Source: Camelus dromedarius (lineage: Eukaryota). Taken from it: a stretch of 64,000 nt of DNA. Below the pieces are notes generated by a model. That model had not been told where the DNA came from, did no database searches, and saw only the letters and a list, made by a program, of their open reading frames with translations. The stretch spans positions 56,422,001-56,486,000 of the forward strand of contig NC_087437.1 in NCBI RefSeq assembly GCF_036321535.1, read 5' to 3'. Below are positions 12,401 to 24,590 of the stretch, piece after piece. A program made the position numbers and the translations under genes. Positions within the stretch are counted from its first letter, which is position 1. Each line of letters starts with the position of its first letter.

Positions 12401-13508
12401 GCTCTATTAAAGCGAACATTTAGTAATCTCACCTTTGTTACTCTAAATGTCCTGTTGTTAAAAATGTTCTTCCTGTCATCTACAATGTAGTGATAAACAG
12501 TGGCTGCAAAAATAGCCATGAAATGTCGTACAGTATTGATTTTTTTAATCACTAAAGGAAGATCATGTTAAGCTAAGCATGGCTTTAAATACCTTTTATT
12601 CTATTTCTCCGTAAATCGGTAATAACTATGTAGTGGAATGTGTGTGTAATGTGTAATAGGAAAGAAGGAAGGGAAGGGAAATAACATTAATTGAACCAGG
12701 GAGTAGTGTGTGTGTGTAGTAACATAAAATATAAATTTCTGAACAGCTTCATAAGATAGAGATAGATGTTTTCATCTGTCTTTACCACGTAGGAACTCCA
12801 GATTCAGAAACGTGAATTAAAAAGTTGCATTAACAGCTTATATAACTGTTACCACGTGGTAAAACTTGTTTACCTGTTTGACTTTAAAACGCATGCTATT
12901 TGCTTAATTCCGTGCTGCCACTGAATTCTTTATGATTAAGCCTCTTCCCTTTCTGAATATGCCAACCAAAGTTGTCTGTCAGTAGTTGATGACAGGGAGC
13001 GTACACATTTGAAAGGAACCATTCATTCAATTAAAGAAAAGGAACATAGGACGTGATTTTTCATGTTGTGAATATGTTTTGTGTTGATTTGTTCTAAGTT
13101 ACCTGAAATATATACAGTGCCTTTAAATTGCGTATCATCTTCAGATATGATGAGTTTTTCCAAGGTTATAAGAAATTTCCTAAAGGAGAGCAGTTCTAAA
13201 CAAGATCACGGATGAAGGAACAGTGGAGGTTCAGTGCGGATGTAGTGGGTTTGAGTGGAGTGGAAACTGTTAACTTCAGTATGCAGCAGGGTTGCCTTGG
13301 CATTATTCATTTGACTTCCCTTGTGGCTAACCCAGAGATACTAACTGTAACTCTCTGTCTTTCCCTTCATACCCAGCTTACTAGCTCTGTCCCTCCCCGT
13401 AGGTATGTAGGGACTTGATAAATGATTTTAACATGTGGCTCAGAAATGTTTTTGGTACACAGCAGTGTATAGCTTTAGACAATTCTTTTTAGTCTACAAA
13501 TACCAGTG

Positions 13509-13562
13509 TTTTGTTTTGTTTTGGTTTGGTTTGGTTTGGTTTGGTTTGTTTTGGTTTGTTTT
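13509..13562. repeat. (TTTTG)n/(TTTGG)n pentanucleotide repeat
   Basis: Directly visible. Confidence 0.95.
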
Positions 13563-14639
13563 CTGGCTAGCCTTTGACAGTGATCGGGTGTGAATTTTGA
13601 AATTTGATGGTGGATTCATTCCAAGTTTCACTTTATTCCTGGTGGGGCTGGAATGTTTTATGCTTCTCAGAAACTGTCACTGTGTGTGTGTGTGTGTGGG
13701 CGGATGGAGGGAACAAAAGTTACCCACCCAATTGAGAAGGCATCTTGAGACTGAAAAACAAGGCATGCAGCTCCATGTAATCAGTATTTCTTATAGGGTA
13801 ACTTACTCAAAGGGTGGGATTGAGATGGGGCGGAGTAGGATCTGGAAGTGTTCACATCTGCATTCTGGACTGCGGAGGGACCATGGGGACAATTTTATAG
13901 TTAACTAGAGTATGCAGGTAGGTGCTTGGTACCAGGACATTCATTCCTAAGTCAAAGTTCATGGATAGGTAACTAGGCTCGTGAGCTCCAATAATACGTC
14001 AGCAAAGGTTTTCATCACTGTATAGGGAATAACAGAGCATAGCGGCCACCTGACCCCAATGGTTATTTAGCAATATCTATTAACTTCAAAGCCCTTGAAG
14101 ACATAGAAGTGATTCACTGCACAGTACAGTTCTGGGTAGGGTCAGCGAAAGAACAGGAGAAATGGTTAAGGGCCCAAGATGGTGTCAGTTACGCTAACAG
14201 CCATGCACTGCGGCAATAAAACTGCGAGAAAAACTGGTATCTGGATTCAGCAACTGCTACAAAAGGTTGGAGTGGGGGCGTCATCACTGATGCATACATA
14301 GGTGTGTTATTTCACTCACTGCGAGCTCTCCAGAATCACAAACCTGAAAATTTGTTCAGGTTTAGTGCACAAGTCCTCTTCAGCCCCAGAGAAATCTGTG
14401 TTTTCGTAGGCTGGTTATGTATCCATTTTAAAGTATGCCGTAGTTTTATCACAGAAGATCAACTATTCTTATTTTGAAAATGTACCTTTGTGAAGTAAGG
14501 AAAATAAATCCAAGATCTCTATGACCTCCACGTTTAGGGAGACGGTCCTTCGTGACTAGATGTGAAGCCCAGCTCAGCAGATGTTTCCTGGGCACCTGCT
14601 ATATGCGAATCTTCGTAGCACAGAGAGTGGAAAGAAGAC

Positions 14640-15760
14640 AAAGACATTTTGCATTCATTCATAGTGTATCGGTCTGTGCTGGACACTGTGCTTGCCTATA
14701 TTTATTGGTAAACAAGACAGAAATGGTCTCTGCCCTCATGGAGTTTACACCCTTGGGGAGGGTGTGGGATGGAAGGAAATAGGTAAACAGACACTTGAAA
14801 AAAGTTCTGTGAAGATTATCCGTAGGGGATTATATTGATGGAAAATAATAGGACAGTACTCCCATTGTCAGGTGGTTAGGGAAGATCTACTTGAGAAAAG
14901 GATGTGTTTTATTGAGAACAGATGGAAAGAAAGAACCACCCATGCAAAGCAGAGAGAAGGCAGAGGATGGCATGTGTGAAGGCCCTGAGCTGCAGGGATC
15001 ATCATGCCAGTGTTGCTGGAGCTTCCACAACCGGGGGATCTTTCAAATATGCAATACAGTGTTATTAACTATAGTCCCATGTTGTACATTACATCCCCCT
15101 GACTTACGTATTTTGTAACAAGAAGTTTGTACCTTTTGACTCCTGTACCCATTTCACCCACCCTGCATCCTCCCACCTCTGGCAACCACCAATCTGTTCT
15201 CTGTATCTCTGAACTCAGTTTTAGGTTCATGCGTGTTGTCCCAAATGGCAAGATTTCATTCTTTTTTTATGGCTGAATAATACAGGAATAGGCTTAGACC
15301 TTCTTTATCCATGCATCCATCATTGCTAAGTGAGTAAATTGTGAAAGTCCTCATCACAAGAAGAAAAAATTATAACTATGCATGGTGATTGGTGTTAACT
15401 GGGCTTACTGTGGTGATCATTTCACAGTATACAAAATATCAGATCATTATACTGTATGCCTGAAACTACCATAATGTTATATGTCTATTGCACCTCAATA
15501 AAAATATTTTTAAAATTCTCAAAAAGAGGTAAAAAAAAGAAAAGAACTCTAGGGGAAGGGGCCTGAGATGAAGAAGAAGAGGGAGTCAGGGTCCAGGGCC
15601 TATGAAGGGTGTTGTTGCATTTACCTTCACTGCCACAAAAGGTCATTGGAAGGACTTGAGCAGATCCCTGGCATTATCCAGTTACTGAATGTTCATGCTA
15701 CCTACGGTGTCGGAAATAGATTGGGGAAGGTTTTGGTTTCTCTCAGTATGGTGGACAAGG
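14640..15760. mobile_element. L2 relic interrupted by the inverted L1
   Basis: L2-like motifs on both sides of the L1 (aacaagacag..ctctgccctcatggagtttaca; ggtcattggaaggacttgagcag). Confidence 0.55.
15040..15545. mobile_element. L1MA-type 3' end with 5' inversion (antisense 15040-15322, sense 15323-15545)
   Basis: The reverse complement of the left part ends ..actgtattgcatatttgaaag. The right part starts ttgctaag.. and ends in AATAAA and an A-rich tail. Confidence 0.8.
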
Positions 15761-15949
15761 TCCCCTAAACAACACTTTTGCTGTAAAGCAGCTAGAAATG
15801 CTGCATTTCAAAATAAATGGCTTTTTAAAATGAGTTGCTGAGTTGGTAAGAAATTCTCAGAGGACAAATCTGAAGTGAAAACAGGAATCCAGAAAAGAAA
15901 GGAAGCCAGCTCTGCAGCTGGCGGGGGCCCAAGGTAGCATCCAGAGTCA

Positions 15950-16920
15950 GTGGGAAAAGATGTATTTAAGTGCTAGGACATTTGGGTAATTTCTTTAAAA
16001 ATAAAGTTAAATTCTTACCTTATGCCTTACCCCCAAACAAATCTCAGTTGAATTAAATATTTAAATGTAAAAAATAAATTAAACACTAAAAGTACTAGAA
16101 GAAAATATATGCAAATGTTTATATACTGTTGAGATGGAGAAGGCCTTTCTAGCTATATCCTCAAAGCTAGGGACCATGAAAAGAAAATTGATATATTTGA
16201 GTACATAAAGATTGACAAAATTAGTGGAGCATCAAAATATTGAAAGTTGAAGGCTGAATGAAAAATTGGGAAAATATATGACAAAGGATTCATGTCATCA
16301 CAATGTAAGGAACTCTTGCACATAACAGAAATCTTTTCAATATAAAGTATACTCTGGAATAATGAGCAAAGATTTTTAACTGGAAGTTCAGGCAGTTCAA
16401 AAAGCTAAAAAACAAATTGATCATACAAAAAAGAAGCTCAAGTTCATACACAAGGATAGATACAAATTAAACCAGCCATGAAATGTCTTTTTTCACCCAT
16501 CAGATTAACAGAGATTAGAGAGGACAGTCCCACCTGGCACTGGACAGGACATGGCGATCTGATGACCAGGCGTGATGTGCTCACACCCCGTGGGTGAGAG
16601 TGAACCCGGAAGAGGCTTTGTGGAGGGCACCTTGACTATTGGTTTCAAAGACACCAAAATTTCTCCCTTTTATGTGTGTAATGAACCTTGCACACATATA
16701 TCCTAAGGAAATAGAGAAAGGAATTAAGATGTAGTCTCGATTTTATTTTTCATGCAATTGTTAAAATAAGTAACATTGGAAAAGATGTAAATATCCATTG
16801 ATAGGGGATTCAAAAAAAGGGGAATACTATTGAGCTTTTAAAGGCATAATATAAATTTGTATTTGTTGATAAAGAAGAGAGTTTGTGATAGCTATATCTG
16901 TTTAAAAACAGGTACCATAC
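15950..16920 (+). mobile_element. Old L1M ORF2 3' relic
   Basis: Decayed L1 motifs (gaattaaatatttaaatgtaaaa; tttttcacccatcagattaaca; tatcctaaggaaata). Confidence 0.65.
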
Positions 16921-16934
16921 AGCAGGACTAGTCT

Positions 16935-17149
16935 GAAACTTTTAAACAGCGGGAGCCGTTTGCTGAAGCTAGATCACCCTGATTCATGACACCCATTTGT
17001 TCACTTTTAGGGAATTATGTGAGCCAGCTAGTAAATCACTGGTAGTTTGAAACTGGCCAAGGTGAGAGTATTTACCCCCTGGAAATTAGTAAACAGACAC
17101 TACAAATCAGTCCCCGCCCCACCCCAACCCTGGTTTACCACACACCACT
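16935..17149. mobile_element. MER63-like hAT DNA transposon relic
   Basis: gagtatttacccc..ggaaatt..ctacaaatcag..cacaccactg resembles the recalled MER63 consensus and its terminus. Confidence 0.55.
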
Positions 17150-17879
17150 GTGCACATGTGTGTAAGCACATATACGTAGAAAACCTCTGCTAGCATACCC
17201 CAAACATAATCCTGGACTTATGTTTGTGTTTACTTCCCCCCTTTTAAAATAATTTCATGTATCATCTGAATATATTACAATCTAATTACTGGATACTCAG
17301 CTACGTACCCTAATTTGTGCCTATTTTATCTGCTCATTTAAACATTTCTATTGATTCCAGGCAATTTCCTTTTCCTTTTTTTTCCCTAAGAGATAGGTAC
17401 TGCAAAGTATACTCAGACAACTGCCAATATTCCAATATCTGTAGACATAGTTACACATGTGTTAAACAAATGAGTACTGCTTCCTTCATCTATAAGTATT
17501 CCTTCATTTACTAATGCAATAAACACCTGTGCTACTGGGCTTCTAGTATATGCCACACGGAGTTCCAGTTATCATTGTATCAACTAATCGCTACAGTGGT
17601 GAACGGTGTCACATGGTGTTTCATAGTTTTAAAGTGCTTGAATTATTTGATCATCCGAATAACAATAAAGTATATCATTATTCCTGTTTTACAGATAAGG
17701 AAACAGAAACTTGGAGAGGTTAGGTGCCTTAGCCACACTCTTGTCTTCTGCTCCCAACCTATTCTTTTTCCTCGTATACCTGGGGGATTCCAACCCTTTC
17801 ATGGCTAAGGACATAATTTATATTTTTTTTTTCTAAGGACTTCATGTGTTGGAAGCAGTAGCAACTAGTTATGTTAGCC

Positions 17880-18505
17880 TTGCAGTCATCACTACAATCT
17901 AAATTAAGGACGTATTCTTCAGTCAAAAAAGGAACTCTGTATCCATTAGCTGCCTATCCACATTCCATCTTCCCCCTTCCCTCAGCCCTACGCAGCCACT
18001 AATCTTCTTTCTTTCTCTATAGGTTGACCTGTTCTGAACATTTCCTAGAAATTGAATCTTTTTTTTTTTTTAATTTGGGGGGGGGTCAGGTAATTATTTA
18101 TTTATTTATTAAATGGAGGCACTGCGGATTGAACCCAGGATCTTGTGCGTGCTCTACCCTTGCCCCTCCAGAATCATATTATATGTGGCTTTTTGCAACT
18201 AGCTTAGCATAACATTTTCACTTAATCTTTTCAAGGTACATCCATATTGTAGCATGTGTCAGTACTTCACTACCTCCTATTGTTTATCCATTCATCATTG
18301 ATGGGCATTTGGATCATTTTTACTTTTTCTCTATTATGAATAATGCTGCTGTTAACATTTGTGTACAAGTGTTTATGTGGACATGTTTTCATTTCTCTTG
18401 GGTATATACCTAGAGGTGGAATTTCTGGGCGACATATAATAACTCTGTGTTTAATATTTTGAAGAACTATCAAAGTGTTTTCCAAAGTGACTGTGCCCTT
18501 ATAAA
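17880..18505 (-). mobile_element. Old L1M (L1MB-like) 3' end with a nested SINE
   Basis: Antisense L1 motifs: ttgtttatccattcatc..tgatgggcatttgg and atttctcttgggtatatacctag. Confidence 0.75.
18059..18169 (-). mobile_element. tRNA-derived SINE (camelid Vic-1-like), head partly deleted
   Basis: T-rich tail, (ttta)n and ggattgaacccagg (B box on the minus strand). Similar to the three other copies. Confidence 0.8.
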
Positions 18506-19799
18506 TGTCTTTTGAAGTACTGACTAGCAGATGCGTCTCAGGCTGGGTATGAATAGATACCACAGCTGCTTTCCAGAATGGTTCATTGAGGTAAGAGACA
18601 TTGCATCAAAAAAGAAGAAAGAGATCATGGTGAATTCAGAGGTCCTCCCAGGACTCAACCCCCTAATCTGTGATCTAGGAGAGGAATATTTGAACATTTC
18701 CTTTTTTGTTAGTGTGGCAAATTTAAATCTCAGTGCTATGGGAGCTCAGAAAATATCCTGGGACAGAAAATGCCCTGCATAATTCACAATATATAATGTA
18801 GAGAAAAAAAAAAATCCTGAACTCAAGTCAAACCTTGGTTCCATGTGACTCTGTCTTTATCTACAAAATGAAGATGATAATATTGGCCCTAGGAGATCCA
18901 AAAAGATAATATATTTTAAAATTTTTTGTAACCAGAGAAAGCAAGTAAGTACGCAGAAGTTCAGCTGAATGAACCTGAAAAATGACACCACACACTTGGC
19001 ATGTGGATATGCACCAACTGATTCCCTATTTATGAGATTAGGATTGAGATTTTTATGTTTGAAGGTGGGTGTTTGCCTACAAGAGTCCACATTTCCAAAT
19101 GCAATTAAACCCTTGCCCAGAAAGAATTTCATTTGCTACAGATGTTTATTTATTTACCAACTGTGTGAGAATTCAAAGGCAGGCAGTAGCCTACTACTCT
19201 TCCAGACCAGTTGCTTGAAAACCAGTCTGTGGTCCTCTGCCACTCATTTTGGCTTTGATGACTATAAAATAGTTGAGATTTGTATTATTTTTCAATTGTA
19301 TTTTTCAATATAGTGGCAAAAGTAAATGTATCCATTCACTGAGTAGTGATTTATTGAGACATTTTGATGAGCCTGACATTTGCTAAGCATTAGGATACAA
19401 TGCTGAACAAATCGGTCCTGTTTCTATCTTAATGCTATTTTACAGTCTCCTGTGTCTTATGTCTAAGTGTCTTGTGGTCTTTGTTACTCGCCATGATCCA
19501 TGGATGGCATTACTGTATTTGCTTTAAAAATGTAAAATAAAGTAAGAGGTTGAATTTGAACACTAAAATATATAAATGGGAAATAACACAAGGACCAAGA
19601 AAGACTTTGATACTGATTCAGATCTGTTGCTACTTTCCTAGATGACCTTGGGCAAGTTACTTAACCTTTCTGAGTCTGTGTTTCCTCATCTGTAAAATTG
19701 TTTGAGTTGCCTCTGAATCTAGCCCTTTGGGATTCCATAACTGAAGTTTTAAGTTTGAGGTCCAAGAGCCCTTGAACTAAGTTGTCTTTCTTTTTCTTT

Positions 19800-20560
19800 G
19801 CACTTTTCATCATTCCATCTCAGTTCATTCATGTGGCTCTGTCCACTTCTCTTAACTATCATGTTAGTCCAAGTCAAACCATCTCACTGTTGGACTTTTC
19901 TGCAGTAGCTCCCTAACTGGCTGTTCCTTCTCCGCTCACTCCCTGCAACCCATTCTTCACGTGGCAACCAGTGCTATCTATTTAAAATGGTAAATTAAAT
20001 CATGTGTCTCCTCTGGTGGAAATCCTGGAAGTGTCTCCCATTATTATTAGAATAAAATTTCAATTCCTATATGTTTGGCTGTCTGCTTGTTGCTTTTAAC
20101 TTTATCGTGTTCCATTTGCTTGCTCCTGGCAATGAAATTTTCCAAGTTTCTTTCAGACATTCTCATAGAGCATTTCCTTTCTATTCTAAAGCCTTCACAT
20201 ACTCTCCTTTCAACTTTGCCCCTCATGCCTTCATTCTACAGCAGTTAGCTCAAAAGTCAGTTCTTCAGGAAGCATGTTCCCCCTCCCTCCAAACAGACTG
20301 AGTTAAGATCCCTGTCACATACTCTTTCATATTACCCTGTACTTCTTTTTCATGGTACCCATTCCAAAGCAACTAAGTCATTACTTGTGTAATTATTTAC
20401 TTAATTATCTAGCTAATTAGTTATTTAATATCTGTCGCCTTCTCTGAAAGGAGATTTCCATAGAGACAGGCACAATTTTATTTGCCACTGTATCTTTAGT
20501 GCCTAGAAGAAGGCTGTGAGCTTATTAGGTGTTTAGTAAATACTCAGTGAATGAATGAAT
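19800..20560 (+). mobile_element. L2 3' relic
   Basis: ctgcagtagctccctaactgg.., ending in tagtaaatactcagtgaatgaatgaat, the L2 tail. Confidence 0.7.
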
Positions 20561-21129
20561 GGATATAGTAAATGCCTAAAGTTTCAGTCTTTACATCAGC
20601 TCTGAGATTATTCTTTATGAGAGAGCATGGCATGTATATGAGGGAGTTCTAAGGAAGCATAGGCTTTTATCTCTATGCAGTTATTGATCTCTGTTTTTAT
20701 ACTAAGCTTCCTTATTCCATCTCTTTTAGAAACAAATATCTACCAAACTTTGTGGTCTGGGCACTGTGCTGGGTGATAAGGACCCAAGCCCTGACTTTGG
20801 GCTCACAGTTTAGCAGGAGATCAGTCAGAACCTTAAATAATAATTCTACATTGGTTAATGTCGCAAGTGAGATCCAGAGAAACTGCTAATGTGGTTTAGA
20901 AGTGAGAGAAATTACTTCAGAATGAGAATAGTCAGTTACATCTAGACGGGTAGTGTCAAGGTTAGGTCTTGGAGGATTTCTGTGATTTGGCTACTTTGCA
21001 GGTGGGTAAGAAAAGGCACTACAGTGTGGGTCCACGACTGAATGCTTGCCCCTTGTCAGTTATGACAAGTGGAGTCAAATCTATAATCAAGAGACTAGAA
21101 TTATTGATTTTTACCCTACACAGCTCTTG

Positions 21130-22090
21130 ACCTTTTAAAATTTATTCTATTTTTTGATTCACACAATTACATATAATAAAATTCAGTTCTTGTGCAAAAT
21201 CTATGAATTTTGGCTTATCCATACAGCCATGTAACAGTCACAACAGTTGAGATGCAGAAAAGTTTCACCACCCTCCAAAATTTCTCTCATGCTGCCACTG
21301 TACAATCAGCTTCCCCCACCACAAGCCCCGAGCCAACCTCCCATCAGTTTTCTGTTTCTGTAATTCAGCCTTTTCCAAAATGTTATATAGATGGAATCAT
21401 AAGGAACTGGGCTTCTTTTACATAGCATAATGCATTTGAGATATATCCACATCGTCAGGCATATCAGAAGGCCTTTCCTTATTGCTGAGTAATATTCCGT
21501 TATAAAGATCTGCCACAGTCTGTTTACTCATCAACAAGCTGAAGTTCACTTGGCTGCTTGAAGTTCTTGGCAATTATGATTAAGGCGGCTGTAAACATCT
21601 GTGGATAGGCTTTTGTTTGAACATGAGTTTTCATTTGTCTTTGGGAAATTCCTGGAACTAATATTGCTAGGTTGTTTTGTAAGTGTATATTTAACTTAAT
21701 AGGAAAACCTCAAACTGTTTTCCAACGCCATTGTGCTTCATTTTGCATTTCCGTCAACAATGAATGAGCGTTCTAGCTGCTGCATATCCTTGCTAACACT
21801 TGCTATTCTCCATTTTTTAAATTTTACCCATTCTAATAGGTATGTAGTAGTATCTTGTGTGATTTTCAATTTGCGTTTATCTAATGACGAATGATTTGGG
21901 GCATTTTTTCATATGCTCATTTATTTGTATATCCTCTTTGGCAAAATGTTTGATGAAATCTTCTCTCCCTTTGTAAGTTATTTATTTTCTTATTAAATTT
22001 GGAGGGGTCTTTATATATCCTGGATCTATCTTTTATCAGATATGTGAGCTTTTAGATTTTTTTTCCCCCTCATCTGTGGCTTGTATTTTG
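21130..22090 (-). mobile_element. Old L1M 3' portion
   Basis: Antisense ORF2/3'UTR motifs (ccattctaataggtatgtagtagtatct; ttttatcagatatgtg). Confidence 0.8.
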
Positions 22091-22899
22091 CTAACCTTTA
22101 ATTTTTCCAGTTATTTTCAAGTCCTGTGCCTTGGACCATCATCGGATCTACCATCATTCTCTTCTTCACTCAGTGTATTTACAGGGCTTCTTGGCTTTTT
22201 TAGGCAAAGTGGGGGGTATGAAGATGAAAGGGACAATTGTCCTATTAACAAAGAGCCTTCAGGTAGTTGGAAAGGGAATCCAAGTAGCTAATCGTCTATG
22301 AGCCTCGGGCTGATGTTTGAGTACCACAAGGGATGTGTGGGTACTGTACTGTACTGCAGAGGATTGCTATTCATTGAGGTTTCTTGTTATTAAAATACAA
22401 GGCTCCAAAAGAGAGAAGCAGTAAAGGTTTTGGGTAATTAAGTTCCAGAAACTGTAATAAAGTGGCTGCCCCCTCTATGGCCCCGTGTGTTATCAGTGAT
22501 GGTGATGGAGCTTGGGGGATGGAAAAGGAACAGGCGCCGGACAATGTCCTTCTCATTTTGGTAAATCACAGTCCTCTAATCCAACAATTGTGGAGCAAAA
22601 GGACCACCTCAGAAGCAATTGGCTTCCTTGCTTCCCCTACCCCTGAGCCCAGGTTACTGTAATTGTCTCTTTTGTCTTCATTTGTGGTCCGCATGTATAA
22701 AAGCAGAGATAACAAATGGGCAAAGAAACCCCATTTCTTGACACACATGGAGTTACAACCCATCAGACAGCCGCAGGGAGCACAAACGTCTTCCCTAACC
22801 CAGCCTTCATCTCTGCCGTGGTTATTATTAATATGTGTCACTTCATATGTCAGCGTTTCTTACCCTGTATAACCCTAGCCTCCCATTCTCATGCTGTGC

Positions 22900-23335
22900 T
22901 AAATCATCCCACACCCTGTAATCCAACCCCAGCTGTTTTACAGACCAGTTATAGCTCCCGTGCCCTCTGCCTTTACTTACAATGTTCCATCAGCCTGGAC
23001 TCCTCCCTCTGTATCTGTCAGTGCACATTCTGTTCATTTTTCAGGCTTAAATCAGGTGCTAGCTCTTCTGTGAAGGCTCTATTGAACTTCCCACCCTCCC
23101 CTACAGTCAGAATTAAGGGCTCCTTCTGCCCTCTTATGACATATTGTATCTTTTTCTTTTTAGCGTTTACTTTATTTTGCTTTGCATTGAGATTAATTAT
23201 TTGCCTGTCTACACTCTCTAGATAGTGAGACCTTTGAGGGCAGAAACCATATCTTCCCTGTGTCTTTATCCCCCCATTGGAGCCGATTATAAACTGTTGC
23301 ATGTAGCAAGTTCTCACTGAAGGTTTATTGATTGA
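22900..23335 (+). mobile_element. L2 3' relic
   Basis: ctagatagtgagacctttgagggcagaaaccatatctt L2 motif. Confidence 0.6.
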
Positions 23336-24227
23336 AAGACATGGCATAATCCACAGTTCCTCTTGTTTTGTGACCCAGACAGAAGTGTCTGAGTGGCTGA
23401 TAGTTGTAACTGGAGGTGACAGGGTGATCGGGTGTGTTCTAAGCAAATGCAGTCTTGTTTCCCTATTGGCTGTGATTATGTTCCCCTGTCTAGAACAGGA
23501 GAAGGGTGATTTGATTTTGAGTAATAAGCGGCCCAGTTCTAATCGTGTACCTTAAATGCCTTCCATTGTTCTGCTTAAGGTGATTTTCTACCAGCATAAA
23601 ATGTTCTCCTTCCCAGACAGTTGATGGAGGAGCTGAGTCATGCCTGATATACTTAATAAGACAGAGGCAGCTAATGCCCCAGGGAGCTGCCTTCGAAGAC
23701 AAGCTGACTTTTCTGACTCCTCTGCTTTTTAAAAGCGGGTGTTGGGAGAGAAAGTTGAGCATGAATATAGCTTCAGAGTCTCCATTGGAAACAAGACTAC
23801 ATGATGACAATCTCTAATTCAGACAGATGTAATCTGCCCCACTGCCTCTTGGCTATGACATGTGCCTTCTGATGTCGGAAACTGCTAATCAAGGATTTTA
23901 TGCTCCTCATTAAAGAAACTCATTCAGTTTGTTCCACTTTCTATTAATGAGTGCCCACCCACTCCCACTCCTGTCCTTGAAAAACTGGCTTGATTTTACA
24001 TTTTTAAGATTCAGGCTAGAAAACTCTTGAAGTTAACCTTGTTTATAAATCCATCATATAATAGAGATGCAAAGGGGTAGAGATCACCTGAGCTTACCTT
24101 CTTCTGGTATTACACATGAGAAAACCAAACCCATGAAAAGGGAAGTTACTTGGCCACAGTCAGGGTTAAATTTTAGACCCTGGAATGAGGCAGATCTGTG
24201 TAAGAATCTTTCTCACTTACTTGTTGT

Positions 24228-24590
24228 TGTTAAAAAGATAAGCTAAAGCATATTAAATATTTTAAGAGTTTATTTGAGCAAGAATGGATTCAAATTGGTC
24301 AGCACCAAACTGAAACTGCTTAGAGCACTCTGCAGAGGTGAGCCAGGGTAGGGACAAGACTCCTACAGAGAAGAGGTGGGAAGCCAGACAGGGAGTTATT
24401 TGATTGGCTATCGCTTAAGGGGTTGCATTAGTTGAGAATGTCTAGTTGGCTGTTTGTAACTGGCTGTCCTTAGCTTTTGATTTTCTTGACCTTGAGGCAT
24501 TCTATGCTTGGGCTTTGGTTTGCTTCTGTAGGCTTCCAAGACATTACAACCACCGCAGTCTAATGGCCTCCTTGTTTAATTAATTGAACA
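24228..24590 (-). mobile_element. Solo ERV LTR (363 bp) inserted in a MIR
   Basis: TGTT...AACA termini and a 4-bp flanking repeat ttgt/ctgt. Minus-strand AATAAA at 24269-24274 and CCAAT at 24403-24407. MIR sequence resumes on both sides. Confidence 0.75.

Noticed and set aside
22716..23446. Overlapping 169-aa (+) and 142-aa (-) ORFs
   Set aside because: They overlap an L2 relic, show no recognisable domain, and their length is compatible with chance.
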